Positions 46,083 to 59,552 of a stretch of 64,000 nt of DNA are shown here, piece by piece; positions within the stretch are counted from its first letter, which is position 1; each line of letters begins with the position of its first letter. This DNA comes from the human T2T-CHM13v2.0 reference genome, Homo sapiens. The translations under genes were made by a program, and so were the position numbers. The notes under the pieces are model-generated. The model saw only the letters and a list, made by a program, of their open reading frames with translations. It was not told the DNA's origin and did no database searches. Location: assembly GCF_009914755.1 (NCBI RefSeq), contig NC_060925.1; one strand, written 5' to 3'.

Positions 46083-47999
46083 AGAAAAAAAATGTTTCTA
46101 AGAAAATAGTCGAAGAATATGTATATATATACATATATATATGTACGTAGAGAGAACATTTTTTAATTCCGGCATATGTAAATTGGTGGGTATTATCATT
46201 TTCATAGTATCTCAACGAACTTTATTTCCTTCTAAATTTGAAGGAGCTTATGCATGCAGAGGATAGAGTGTCTACAAAGACACTGACACATGTATACACA
46301 TAGCCTTTTGGGAAAAAGTATAGATACTAGTGCCTGAATATTGGGTGAGTGGCCACAGTAAGAACAGAAAAAGACTCAACAGATGATTTGCAGCAATATC
46401 AAGATCTTATAAGGTAAGCTAAAGTGTTTAGGAGCAATATAATAGGATTAATTAAGGGAGGAAAAAAAACTGGAGACACAGTAATCATATAAGGCAAAGT
46501 AACCTAAAAGTAGGAAATAATTTTAAACAAGAAAAAAATGCAAGCTTAAACTAGAATAATAACAATGCCACACACATACAAAGTCATATTTAGTGTACAG
46601 GACTCATTTTGCAGATCCTGTGGAATGACAAAATGGGGCAGTAAATTAATATCTTCCTTTTTTTCTCTCATTATGGTTTATGGTTTAATTATTAAGATAG
46701 TACTTAGATCTTCAGATTTGGCTATGTCAAAGATTTGTAATAATATTGGCTTTATATTTAATATTTTAAACTCAGTAATATGCCAATAAACAAATCTGAA
46801 TGTTACCTTATGCAATGAAAAAATGGAAAGCTTTAAATTTTCTCATCAAGGTATATAGGATTTTCCAAAATAAAAGCAGACATTCTCAAGAAATAGTGTT
46901 CCCTGCAATAGTTAGCAGAGACATCAGAAATTGTATTTCATTATAATCCAATCCAAGTTAAAATGAAAAGTCTGTCACTTCAAAAATCAAGAGGACAGTA
47001 AAAACATGTAAGTAAAGTTAGTCAAATGTTTGAGACTATTAACATTGATATTGAATAAAACTTTGTATGAAGGAAAATATTTCAAATAAACTTGATTATT
47101 GATCTGGAACAATAGTAACAAAGAAACAAAAAAGTGTGTGTTTTCCTCACAACAGCTGGGTTTAAATTAATAAATGTATAACCTAAAATTCATTATTTTC
47201 CAATTTTTAAAACATTTTACTGATTTAAATATACGGTATAGGCAATAGCTGTATAAAAATCATTAAAATTAGACGAGACTGTTACCAATTACAGTAACTG
47301 GCAGAAAAAACAATTGGCTCTGGAAGTTAAAAATGTTGCCTAAAAGGAGTTATGTGTAGGCCATTTTAAATAACTAGTCAGAGAAAAAAATTATTTTTCA
47401 TTTTTCACAAAAGTTTGAGGTAGAAAATGCTGTATGTATTGAGTTTGGCTAATAATAATTTGTTTTACCCTTTTGGAAAAGTATTTTAAATGCCTCAGCC
47501 AATAAAGTTTGGAGTTAATTTTTTTATTTTAAGATACCATCTGTATAGCTACATTTTTTATACCAGCTTTTAAAATATGTTGAAATTAAAATAGCAGTTT
47601 TCATATTGGAGGGTTTTAATACCTTCCTAAACATGATAGTTTTCAACTATTAATCATATTATCATATGATAATATTAAAATGTGAAAGTATCCATGAGGT
47701 AGACCAAGGGTAAATCAAAATGTGAAGATATTTTTAGTTTTAACTGTCCAAAGGCAATTATAAACAACTTTCCAGTGAAAGTGAAAATCATGCCAGTTGT
47801 TTTAATAGTGTACTTTATGTATAAATAATAGAGGGATATTGCCAAATATTCTCTATTCTTCAGTTTCACAATTGAAATGGCATTTGTGCAAGAGAAATAT
47901 CAACATCCCTAAGAGTTTTTGTGGCCTTGCTGTGTTTACTTCAAACCAAAAATCTCTGCTGTATACTCCTAAGCTCACAACAGCATCCTCAAATGCTAT

Positions 48000-48440
48000 T
48001 TGTTTTACATGCGTTTAACTGGGTAACATAATGTCCAAATAAAATTGATTAAATCAAAGAAGTTGATACTTTCCTAGGAAAAATAAGTCGAAGGGTAGCT
48101 TTTGGTTTGGCCCTTGAATAGCATCAAAGTTGCTAGTTCCTCTCTTCCACTCTGCTATCGCAGGGCATCAGGAAGTTTTCCCTCTTGGTCACAAGGTGGA
48201 GGCAAATGCTTAAAGCTTCACAACAATGACCAAAACCAGGAGTCTCTGTAGCAAAGGGGCCCTCTTCATATTTCTTTTTTCAAGAGCCCTTTTTTGTTGT
48301 TGTTTGTTAGAACTGGGCCACATGGCTAGCTGAATGCAAGTCTGGGGAAAAGATTGTTTGGGTATTTAGACTCTACTGTGGAAGACAAAGCTCTGCCAAT
48401 AGAGAAGATTGTTGCAGTGATTAGCCATTGAGGACATAAC
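48000..48440 (-). mobile_element. Old MLT1 LTR fragment
   Basis: cttccactctgctatc..ggtcacaaggtgg; agaactgggccacatggc. Confidence 0.5.
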
Positions 48441-48479
48441 TAAGCAAAACTACCATCATTACCATAGGCTCACTAAAGT

Positions 48480-48700
48480 CTTCCATGACCAAATGTATTT
48501 GAGAAACACTGGGTTAAACAAATTCAACAGGTTTCTTTACTGTGTGCTCTCAAATCTCACTAAAGACTTTGCGTTATCAGTCTCCAACAACAAAAAAAAA
48601 TTATGTTCCTTTTTCCATGTTAACTTTATTATAGCACCAAAATATTTTTATCTCATCAAATAAGATTAGAGGTCCTCACAAGCAGACTTTCAAAAATGCT
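48480..48700. mobile_element. hAT-Charlie (Charlie4-like) fragment
   Basis: tttgagaaacactgggttaaacaaattcaacaggtttctttactg. Confidence 0.5.
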
Positions 48701-50542
48701 TAAATAAGCTCATACTTCACTGGAAAAAAATCATAAAAAATGTAAAATTTCAAAGTAAATTTCATTTGCTTCCAAGGGACAGAGATCCACTCAATGTAAA
48801 ATGAGAATAGGGAATAATTAAGGGGTATTAAGATATTTGCAAAACACAATTGAAAGATTTGAGGACTAGGAAAAAATGAGAATGAGGCAGCTACTCTTTT
48901 CTAATTCTCAAGCTCAGATTCTCCTTCTGGTTCTTTTGAGAGACATAAATTACACATAGATTAATTTATAGGCTGCCAATTAATCATATAGATGAATTAT
49001 ATAGATTATATATAATCTATAGGCTTCTTTTTAGTTATCCAAAATATGGACAGTTATGTTTCTTTCCCCTCTGTGACTTAGAGGGGAAAATATCTTTCCA
49101 AAGTCTTCCTAAGATTGGGTTTAACAGATCCATTTCCTATTTTGTAGTGTTAAAGCTGTTCTTATCAGATTCTAGATGACAAGCCTACTTCAATGCCTAT
49201 CTGTCTGTTTTGTCTTTCTACCATTCTCCCTGTATCTCAGTCTGCCTTTTTGGTGTGTCATGAACAGAGAGCAATCACTCTCCACTTGAGGTCATTGAAC
49301 ATAGTTTTCTTTTTCTACTAAAACTTTGACTTTTATTTTTTTCGGCTGATGATTGTTAAAAAGAGTCAGATTCATCTGAGAAAAGATATATGTCTGGCCA
49401 GCAACTTGTGGTGGGATAATTTAGAGTATCAGGACAAGTTTTCTAGAGGCTCCTTTGTAAGGACACATTACCTGTTGACAGTCGAGGTGGATGCAGAGGA
49501 GCCTATGCTCTGAAAAAATTAGGAAAAAGTAATAGGAAGATATTTTTCTGGTTGTAAAATAGGATAGGTGCCCATTTGACAGATTTCTAAGGTGCAGTAA
49601 AATACAAAATTAGCTATTCCTAGTCAGATGGAGAAAGCACATAGTCATTTTTCTATGTTTCTAACCACTGAGTTTCAAACTCAGAGAGTGTGTAGAAACA
49701 AAGAAAATTTCTTGGGGAGTTTCACCATACAAAAAGATCATAGGGTGGGGAAAAAGTCAGTTAACTGAATGTGATTCCTGCAAATAAGATTATTTAAAAG
49801 ATAAAGAAGAATAGAAAACTTCTAAGAAGAGTATGGAAAACTAACATTGTATAAATTTAGAAAACTGAATGATTAATTTGTTAAAAATGTGAACTAAAGC
49901 ATAAGAAGAATATAGTGGATATATAACTTTAGTTTCCCCACATTGTACTTTTTTTTTTTTCAGTTAGTTCCTTCATTCAACACTATACCCAACTAGATAT
50001 AGACATGCTCTTCAGAAACTTACAGTCTAGAGAACTGAGAGTCTTAAGGATCTAAAGATATAGGTTAAATGCTGCTTTAAGACCCCATGCTGAGTGCTTC
50101 ACAAAGACTGCAACAGAAGCTGTCATACTTTACCCCATAAGTGGAATGAAGAGATCAGACATAACATTATCAAAGCTAAATCTTCTGACATTGGAATATG
50201 CCTTTAAACATTCACAGCTCAAAGCCACGAAGGCCAACTACTTCAGAAACCTTAGGAAAACCCTAGTATATGAAGTTACATTTTTTTCTCTACCATCATT
50301 CTCTGGTTTCTTATTCTGCTTTCAACCTCCTTTCTGTTTCTGAGACATGCCAAGTATATTCTCATCGCTGAATTTTTTTTGTCTTTTTTTTCAATAGGAT
50401 TTTATTCTTAAACTTAAGCATTGTAATAGTTACTGAAATATGGCTTGAAACCTATTTCTGTGTCCTTCAAGCCCACCCACTCCACACCCCCAAGACACAC
50501 ACAATGGCCCTAATCTCAATCATCATCTTCTTTTTATTCTAC

Positions 50543-50768
50543 TCCTAGCATTTCCCCTTCTTATATACAATATTTTGGAGCTAGACCCTATATCTTTGAA
50601 TCTCTTGTCATATGTTTCAGCATGGCACTTTCTTCCAAAGGAGAAAACATATTACATTAATCCTAGCATTTTCCCTCCAATATTTTGGAACAAAACCTAT
50701 ATCTTTGAATCACTTGTCATATGTTTCAGCATGGCCCTTTCATCCAAAGAAGAAAACACATTACGTAA
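50543..50768. repeat. Two-copy tandem duplication (118 bp + 108 bp)
   Basis: Both units start TCCTAGCATTT and share cctatatctttgaatc.cttgtcatatgtttcagcatggc. Confidence 0.92.
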
Positions 50769-50809
50769 GAAAAATGAAATACCATTGAGCATAGTTTTTG
50801 GAATGTATT

Positions 50810-51508
50810 GGCTATGGTCTGAATGAAAGCATTCAGACAATAAATATATTTGCCCTTCACACATAAAGGCTTTGTGCCCCAAAATTTATGTATTGAAACC
50901 TAGTAATCAATGTGATAGCACTGGCAGGGTATGGCCTTTGGGTAGTGATTGGTTCATTAGGACAGAGCCCTTATGAACAGAATATACCCTTATAAAGGAA
51001 AGGAAATTAGGGTTTTCTGTTGAAGAACTATTAGAGTGACTATAAAGAGTGATTTGTTCTTTTGCTCAAGAGCAGTAAACAAAATTCAATTTTTATATTA
51101 TTTTTGGTGACTAATGCAAGCAGATAGAATTGGAAAACACACACTGAGATGCTTTCTGTCCACACTGGACTGAAAAGCCTGTATAACCATCAATAATACT
51201 CAAGAAGTATTAAACAGGTGTGCAATCATACACCTCATTTTGCATATGCCCTTGAAATCCGGTGGTAAGAACTGGAACGTAATTGTTGTCTAGTTAAGTA
51301 TACGTACACATCTGCACATGATTACTTCTAACAAAACTAGAGGGAGAAGTGGGAGAGTGAGACTGATGACAATAGAGAAAATGTTATATGAGGACACAAT
51401 GAGAAAACAGCTGTCTGCAATCCGAAGAGAAAGGCCTCACAAGAAACCAACCCTGCTGGCACATTAATCTTGGACTTCCAACCTCTAGAATGGTGAAAGC
51501 ATTAATTT
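50810..51508 (+). mobile_element. MLT1A-type LTR in pieces (50810-50997 and ~51381-51508)
   Basis: gctatggtctgaatg..aaaatttatgtattgaaacc; gaggacaca..ccaaccctgctggcac..ttgtttaagccacccagtct. Confidence 0.8.
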
Positions 51509-53024
51509 CCGTTGTTTAAGCCACCCAGTCTGAGGTATTGTGTTCTAGCAGTCCAACCGGACTAATATGAGTCCTGAGAGCAAAATGATCCTAATCGGCA
51601 GACATTCAGTGTGGAGACAGACTTAGGAATAGGCTCAGAGGATGAGCTAACAGTGGATCAAGCTTCAGTATGAGGCTCTGACTGGGAAGGCTTGCACATT
51701 CTTAGTTGTCCAATTACTAGCACTAACAGTCTAAATAAAGTGATTCTGCTGAAAAAAACTATCACTCAGGTCTGGATACTATCGTAAAAATAATCTTATT
51801 ACTAGTGGCCCAAGCCATTGATATAAAATATCATCTTAAAAAAGATGAGTACACGAAGAAGGTAACTTTTCTATATATGTCAGAAAGAATGGTGAGCCTT
51901 GGACTTGGGTGATTAATACCTCCAGTCATTATCATCAGTACAGTAACATCTCATTACACAGGAGTTTTGGAGAAAGTACTCTGCAAAGAGCCAGGCATTC
52001 ATGTTGATGTGACAACACATATGTGCATAGACTGGTGAAGCCTATGATGCAAATTGGAAATATGCAACAAATAATTTTTATTTGGCATAATATTCTGAAG
52101 GTAACTAGTAAAATTATATTCTTTACTGATATCATTAATAATTATATTTTAATGGACATATTTTAGTAATTCTTCAAGAAGTATCCAATGAAAGTCAAAT
52201 TTTTGAAGACAGATGATGTGGGGCTAGAGATGGAGAAACTATTACGTAAATTAGTTAGCTCTTCATTTTAATTCCCAGAGCATTTTACACTTAAAACATG
52301 CATAACTAATCAATGTACCCTCAAGGTAACATTTCCAACTTGGTATGAAGAAAAAATACTAGGAAAAGAAAGCCCCATTTTTGTTAACAAAGCTATTTGC
52401 TGAATTAAATGAGTAATACTTAGAAAACATATCTATAAATGCCAGAAATTTGATTTTTAAATACTATAAAGCTGCATTTAGCCTAAATTTGCTGTCATAA
52501 ATCATGTCATATCAAATACATCAGTTTTTTAGATAAAAGAATCTATATACTTCTATATTATTGACTCTATATATGTACTACCTTAATTATTTGGCATTTA
52601 AGACTTCAAATAATTTCTTTAATTAAATTATTGACATTAGTTAAGATTCTTAGACATCTTGTAATGAGTTTTTGAAGACAAGTGTAATGAAGACCAAAAG
52701 TATTAACTACGTTTTCCAAGACTACAAAGGTATTTGAGCCATAACATACTGATGATCCTGAAAGGCCAGTGAGGCTCTTGAGATTTCTGGAAATGTATCT
52801 TTTACTCTATCAAGATCCTAAATCTATATTGAGATTTTGACATTACTATACTTTATGGGAAAAATTGCAAAGCTTTTTATACTTATAGTCACCTTCTCTA
52901 GGGTCCATTTTGAGAGGACTTTATATGAATACTGAATCCTTAAAGTCAAGAACTGTCTATTCTACTTCTTCATACTCTCAGAACATAGTATATAGTCTAT
53001 TATACCAAGTGTGCTCAATAAATA

Positions 53025-53124
53025 TTAGGTTGGTGCAAACTTAGTTGTGATTTTTGCCATGTAATTGCGGCCTTTGCCATTAAAAGTAATGGCAAAAATG
53101 ACAATTAATTTTGTATCAACCTAA
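53025..53124. mobile_element. MADE1 (Hsmar1-derived MITE) with 20-bp internal duplication, inside an L2 tail
   Basis: TTAGGTTGGTGCAAA...TTTGTATCAACCTAA termini; TA target duplication on both sides; 100 bp versus the canonical 80 bp. Confidence 0.92.
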
Positions 53125-54324
53125 TATTAGGAAAAGAATAAATGAGCATCATGAAGTTCCTTGCCAGTCACTTTTTCCCAGAAAAGAAGAACCATCTTCC
53201 CATGGAATTCCTCCCCTAGTGAGAATGGAAGCACAGTTAGACTAGGGATTAGTATACACTGCCAAGAAGTACAGCACTTCATAGTTACAGATAAGCCAAA
53301 TGATAATAATATGTAAAATGGTAAAATTCAAATCATTAATATCTTCTATGCACTTTCTTCTTATAAACATTGTTGGAAAATTAGGGAGGAATGCATGGGT
53401 GTTCAGAGGATTTAAAAAGTTTCACCTTGCTATGAGAATTAATTATAATTTATATATCAATCTGAGTTGATAATATATAAGGTACAGCTGACCTTTCCCT
53501 TTCTCTAAATGCTTGTGTTTTCTTTCAAATGCAGATTTTTGCAAATACAATTAAAGAGATTGCTTAAATCTTCAACTTCGTATTAATCAAAATAAGAAAT
53601 TATGTACCTAAGATGATTAGAAAGAGAAGACAAACTTCCAGTTAGTTTATTATTACATTTTGCCCTTTGAAATATTAACAGCCAATTGCTTAGCTTATTT
53701 AGAGGAATGATCACATTTCAAATAGATTATATTGAATATGAATATTTACATTATATTATCTGAAACATCTAATTTTTAACAAATGTACAGATTCTCAGAT
53801 TCTGAGTCCTTGAAAGTGAGATTTAAAAGTCTGTAATTTAATTAACTACCCAGGATTCAGACCTGCTGCTGCTGGGGCAGCTCAGGCACCCTTTATTCCT
53901 GTTCCCCTCCTTCAACACCTTTTAGTACCACTATTTTGAAGCAGAAAACATAAACCTTGAAAATGAGCCAAGGAAACAGTTAGTATACTGTGCTGGAAAT
54001 GCTAATGGGATAAGGAAAGGGATTATAAATACATTTAAACTGAGACAAGCAGTATCTTGGCCTCTCCTCTGAGGATATTGTCTTCTTTCGAATTTATTCC
54101 TCTCCTCTTTGTATTGATTCTTTTTAATTTTGTCCATCATGCAACTGGTACAAGAATACAAGTCTCAGGCTAGCTACCATTTTGAAAAAATGATCTTTGA
54201 ATTTTGTAGGACAAAGTGGGGCCTCTAAGAAAGGACGTCTCAGACTGCAAAATATTTTCTTTTCTAGAAATTATGGAGAAATATTTTCTTTTCTGTCTGG
54301 GTTCATCTGAATGTAATTCTTCCC

Positions 54325-54890
54325 CACTCATTTATTCACTTACTCAGTTAGCAAGTATTTATCCAGTTGCAACCACATGCCAGGTAGTGTAATAAACACT
54401 ATTGAACAGGCTCTAACAGTGTTCACAGAACCTACGCTCATAGAGCTTATGTCCCATGGCAAGAGTAGACAATAAACAAATAAGTAGACCTACAATAATT
54501 GAAGATTCCTGTGAGGAAAGAATATCATCAGGTAAATTGGGATTTAGGGCTTCTGCTGGAGTAAGGGATCAGGGGTAATGTTTTGGGCAGGTGGTCAGAG
54601 AAGATCTCTGATAGAAGATTTAAAAAAGAAAAAGAACAAGTCACAATGCTATCTGGGGAAACAGCAGTCCAGGTAGAAGCCACAGTATTTAAAATCTGAA
54701 TTTGGAGAGTGTTTGCTCAGCTAAGCATGAGCTAGGCCAGTGCAGCTATGCTGGAGAGAAAAAGGGACATATGACAGGAAAACATGTCAAAGTTAAAATA
54801 AGGAACATTCCGTATACAGCTTTGTAAGCACGGAATTTCACTTTTGTTCTTAGTGACTTGAGAAGCCTCTAGAGTGACTGTCGGAACAGA
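54325..54890 (-). mobile_element. L2 3' fragment
   Basis: tcatttattcacttactcag..caagtattta..atgccagg; gctatctggggaaacagcagtccagg. Confidence 0.7.
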
Positions 54891-55149
54891 GACCTCACTT
54901 GCTAAAACTAAGTTAAAAAACCTTGGTTAGCCTTTAGCATATGTAGTAAGAATCACTGATGTCTCCAGCCTGGCTTACGTTTAATGTGCTCCCTCAAATG
55001 GTTTAATCTGTTAGCTGAATATTAGTTACAGCTGGTAATTAATTAATATCATTTCCTGGTCTAAGATGTCTTCTTTGATAAGGAAATGCAAGTTATCTTA
55101 CACTCAATAAAAACAAAGCAATATGAGTCTCATAGCTCAGCCATCATAT

Positions 55150-55960
55150 CAATTAGTGTTTCATCAGGAATAATCAAATTCAGATGTTTGAAGAGGCTAA
55201 TTAAGATAACATTTACAGAAATGTGAGAGCATTATAATGAATCCAACTAACTAAAATGTTGATGCACCTAGAGAATAGCAACAACAGTCAGCCATTACGT
55301 CTCCCAGGGCTGAAGGTATCAAGTAGCCCAGTAAAGGGTGAGGCCATGAAGGAAGAGCTACCTACTTGAGCTATAGTTGTGCTGGAAAACAGCCACTGCC
55401 AGGTGACTTAGTTGTGAGAGAACAGAGCAAAGACCAGACCTATGTCTTCTTCCACCCTCTGCTCTTTAGTGGATTTTATGGGGCTCTAACTAGATCATCT
55501 CTTAAAAACCCAGGCACGCAGTCCCCTGCTGCTAGGAATATTTAACTGCTGGTGCAGAATCAATGATTGGATGAAGTGGGGCTACATAGGTCTGTCCCTT
55601 GCCTCAAATTGGACCAATTCAAACTGGAACAATTCTGAAGGATCATCAGAGCTCCAGAGTTCCCCTTAGGATGGCTGAGTCCTCAGATGTAATCATACTG
55701 CAGGTCAGCTTCTCCTTTGGTAATACTGCCTACTTTACTTCCTTCCAAGTGTATCTTTTGAGAGAATTATGCATGAATTCCCAAACAACTCTCCATCTCA
55801 AAGCCTATTTTCAAGGAATTCAAGCTAAGACACATTAGCTGAACCAACCTGAAATCAGCCAGTAGGAGAGCCTAGGCAGTGAACTTGATAGCAGCCAATC
55901 GGCCTGGGCTCAGGGCAGAGGATAAAAAGGCCATGAATGGAAATCGGAAGTGAGCTTGGG
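55150..55960 (-). mobile_element. LTR33-like ERVL LTR interrupted by an LTR16-like LTR
   Basis: atttacagaaatgtg..gcaacaacag..agccattac..cagggctgaagg; resumes after 55832 (cattagctgaaccaacc). Confidence 0.5.
55468..55832 (+). mobile_element. LTR16C-like solo LTR
   Basis: acaattctgaagg..cagagctccagag..ggatggctgag; ends ctccatctcaagcctattttcaaggaa..ctaagaca. Confidence 0.65.
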
Positions 55961-55967
55961 GTGCCGA

Positions 55968-57079
55968 CATTACGGGAACTCTGGGGTGTTGATTTTTCTG
56001 GCTGGAAACCTACGTGGCCACAGCGCCTTTGTCCGAATTCTGGCCCTGCATCCAGGAACAATGAGGTATGCAGACAAGGGAAGGGTGAAGAAGAGTTTTA
56101 GTTAGTGTTAGAACAGCTCAGAGGAGTGGGTAGGTCCTCTCTGTAGGCAGATCACTCCTTTCGAGTGTTCAGCTGAGATCTCAGCAGGGCCTCCCTGGAG
56201 AGGGTGGCTCCTCTCCACAGACAAGCCATTCGGACATCTCTGCAGGTCTCTGAAGATCTCAGGAGAGAGAGTAGCTCCTCTCTGCCGGCCAGTGGTCTTC
56301 GCACCTCTCAGTGGAGAGGGTACACCTCTCTGCAACTCGTCGTCCTGTCCCATCGTCTCTCTGCCCTCTTCCTCCTCTGGGCGTCCTCTGCCCTGCTCTG
56401 GCTGAGCCCAGGAATTTTATGGACCTCAGAGGGGAGGAAGTGTGTGCCAATTGGTCCATGGGCAGCCATGGGCGGCTGATAGAGGCACAAGTCCCCACTC
56501 CGTTTGGCAGGACTGGTAGCCCAGCCCCCAGCCTTCAGGCCCTCCCTGGCCTGAGGATGAGGCCCTACTGGGGACCTCGCCCCTTCTGCCCAGGAGTCTG
56601 CTTCCCGCTGCCATTCAAAGCTCTGGGGCTTGGCTCCAACCCCACTCTGAGATCAGAGCGGCCTCCGGAGCAGAGAGAGGCCAGTGGGACAAGACACCCC
56701 TGAGCCTGCAGCGACAGGGGAGTCCTTCCTGGGGCACCCGAGGTGCAGGCTGAAGAGATGCCCAGGTCCTGCGCCTGGGAGGGCAGCCACAGCTGCACCC
56801 AGGAGGAACTTCCACCACACCAACTCAGAAGATGCAGGGCTCCCGCTTGTCCCTGGCTCCTGCCTGCTTCATGGAGCGGGAGGCCCAGGTCTGCAACCCC
56901 CCGAATTCCGCGGCTGCAACTGCACCCGGGAAGGCAGATCCTGCCTGCTCCCCCAAGAGCATAGAAAGGCTGAGACCCACAGCCGCAGTTTGGGCAGTAG
57001 GCCTGCCCTCCTGGGAGTGTGCAGCCCTAGTTGTGCCTCCCTGCTGCAGCCAGCATGATGGCAGCAGCCACTGCCATCA
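55968..57079 (-). mobile_element. MER52-family solo LTR (ERV1), GC-rich
   Basis: Minus strand starts TGATGGCAGTGGC; characteristic gccaattggtccatgggcagccatgggc; source of the dense spurious ORFs at 56-57 kb. Confidence 0.8.
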
Positions 57080-58259
57080 CAATTATGATATGATAAAACA
57101 AATCAACAAGATTTGGAAGTCATTTATATTTTAGAAGTCATGACTTTCTTTACTGCAGCTAATGTTTAGTAGCAAATTTAAATACAGATAGCCCTCAAAT
57201 TTCAGTAATACATAGGGTGCCATTCTAGCACACACATACCCAACATACCTGCATTTTTACTGCCCTTTAATCATTCTATCCAATTTCAGCCCCTGCCTAA
57301 ATGTGAAAACAATAATTTTGCCATGGCACACGCAGAAAAAAAATGTGATATATTCGAAGCTTCTCTTTAGAATTCTCTGATTCTTCCAAGGACTTCTAGT
57401 TATACAAGTATAAACACAGATATAGATATAAATAATGTGTTCTAAATATATAGATACAAATTAGATATAAATAATATGCTCTAAATGAGTTGTGGCAATG
57501 CTAAAACACCTGTTCAGTATTCACTTAATTATGCACATAAGATGTATAAAGATGAGGAGGACATGATGGAAGTATAGAATGGCCTTTTAAAAACCCAGTT
57601 ATATAATGCTGAGAAATGTTCTCCAATTTAACAACTGTATTTTCTATGACTTAGATGCATAGCAGAGGAGACTGTTCAAGATGAAGTATAATAAATGAGG
57701 TAGATGAAGCAATATTTAGTATAGCATCACACAATGAGCTTATGACTTATGGGACTCTTTCATGAACCTCATTAACCTCACAAATGTTCAAAAATAAGGA
57801 AAGATTTGTACACAGAGCAGAAAAATAACAGACGCAGTAAACAATCTTTTGAATCAATCATCTGTACTTCCACACTCTATTATACAGAAAATAGAAGACT
57901 GCCTCTAATAAAAAGTGAGCTGGGTTTATAGACATGTTTTGTTTTGTCTTTAATATGAGATAAAATCTTTATGCTGATAGGAATGCTCCAGTAAAAAGAA
58001 AAGGATTTTTGATCAGTGAGAAGAATCTCTAGAGTCATATTCCTTGGGGAAAAATTGGTGGGAACAAATATATTAGATGACAGCACAGGGAAGTCATCTA
58101 TAAAAGAAAAGGTAAAGTATTTAAATAAAATAGAGATGCTAGAAGATGAGTAGGTGTATTATAGGAGCTTACAGAAGGGTTTTTTTTGTTGTCTGTTTTT
58201 AGATCATTTATATTTTTGAAGAAAAAAGCAAAATGGTCTCATAAGATTTTTAATTGTTA

Positions 58260-59550
58260 TATTTTGCTTTAGACAGCCTTTGTCAGGTTAAGGAAGTTCT
58301 CTTCTATATCTACTTTGCTAAAGGCCATGAGATTGTTATTACTTTTATGATGAATGAATGTTGAAGTTTTGCAATAACTATTTCTGCTTCTAGGGAATCA
58401 CAATATTTTATGCTTTAATCAGTTGAGATATTGACTTATGTTTATTCATTTTTAATGTGAAAGCAAACATATTTCTGAAATAAATCCAGTTTGTTTAGGT
58501 TGTATTTTTCTATTTGCATATGCCTGTATTGGGTTTGTACTTTTTTTTTTTTTAATGAGAATTGTTATGCCTATGGTTCTATGTAAAAATGGCTGGCAAA
58601 TTTTCTTTCTCATACTATCGTTGTCAGATTTTGGTGTCAAATTTTTCAGCCTCATAAAATGGTCTGAGCTTTCTTTTTCTATTCTCTACAAAAGTTTCTA
58701 TAATATTGGAAGTATTACCTTTTTGTTTGGTAGAATAATAGGCCATCATGACCTTCAGTTTTGTTTGTAGAAATACATTGATGACTTATTCAATTTCTAT
58801 AAAATACAGACTACTAATTTAAATTTTTCCAATGTCAATTTTATAAAATTATCTATTTAATATATATTTTTAACTATATTGCTATTATTTATAGCACCTT
58901 TTCTATTGTGTTTAATATCTACCCCGTTGTTCATCACTCATTCTTTGTTATTACTGATATTTATATGTTTATACCTTTTTTTCTCTTCTTTGTTTTTCTT
59001 CATCAAATAGCCACTGTTTTATCAATTGTGTTATTCTTTTTGAAGAAACATTTTTTGTCTTTGTTGAATTTCTTAACAGTGTGGGCATTTTTTATTTATT
59101 GTTCTCTTAAATGTGTAGTTTTCTACTGTCTACATTTTAAGCCCATTTTGCTCTTCATTTTGCAAACTTCTGAGATGATACTTTATTACTAAGCATACAT
59201 TTAAATTTTTAAATATCTTCAAAATGTTGTTTTATCTTTTTCAAACAGTACTTCATATACATTACTTTTTATTCATTAAAATATTTTCTTAATACACTCA
59301 TATTGCTTAATATGTAAACATATGTGGATATTTTAGTTGCAGCTTGCCATTAATTGAGTATAACTGAATTGTGTTTTTTAAAAACATACATTGATTTCAC
59401 TTCTGAAAAGTTTTTGACATATGCATAGGGGTCTAGTATAAGATCAACATTTGTAAATGTATTGTGTATACTTGAAAAATAATATAGACTTACTAGGTAC
59501 AATATTCTAATTTGCACATTAGGTCAAAATCATTCATTGCATTGTTCAAA
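58260..59550 (-). mobile_element. Old L1M ORF2 fragments
   Basis: tttgtcaggttaaggaagttctcttcta; tttggtgtcaa..cagcctcataaaat. Confidence 0.7.
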
Positions 59551-59552
59551 TC

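Noticed and set aside
56108-57134. Dense overlapping ORFs and apparent CpG island
   Set aside because: Explained by the GC-rich, stop-poor MER52 LTR.
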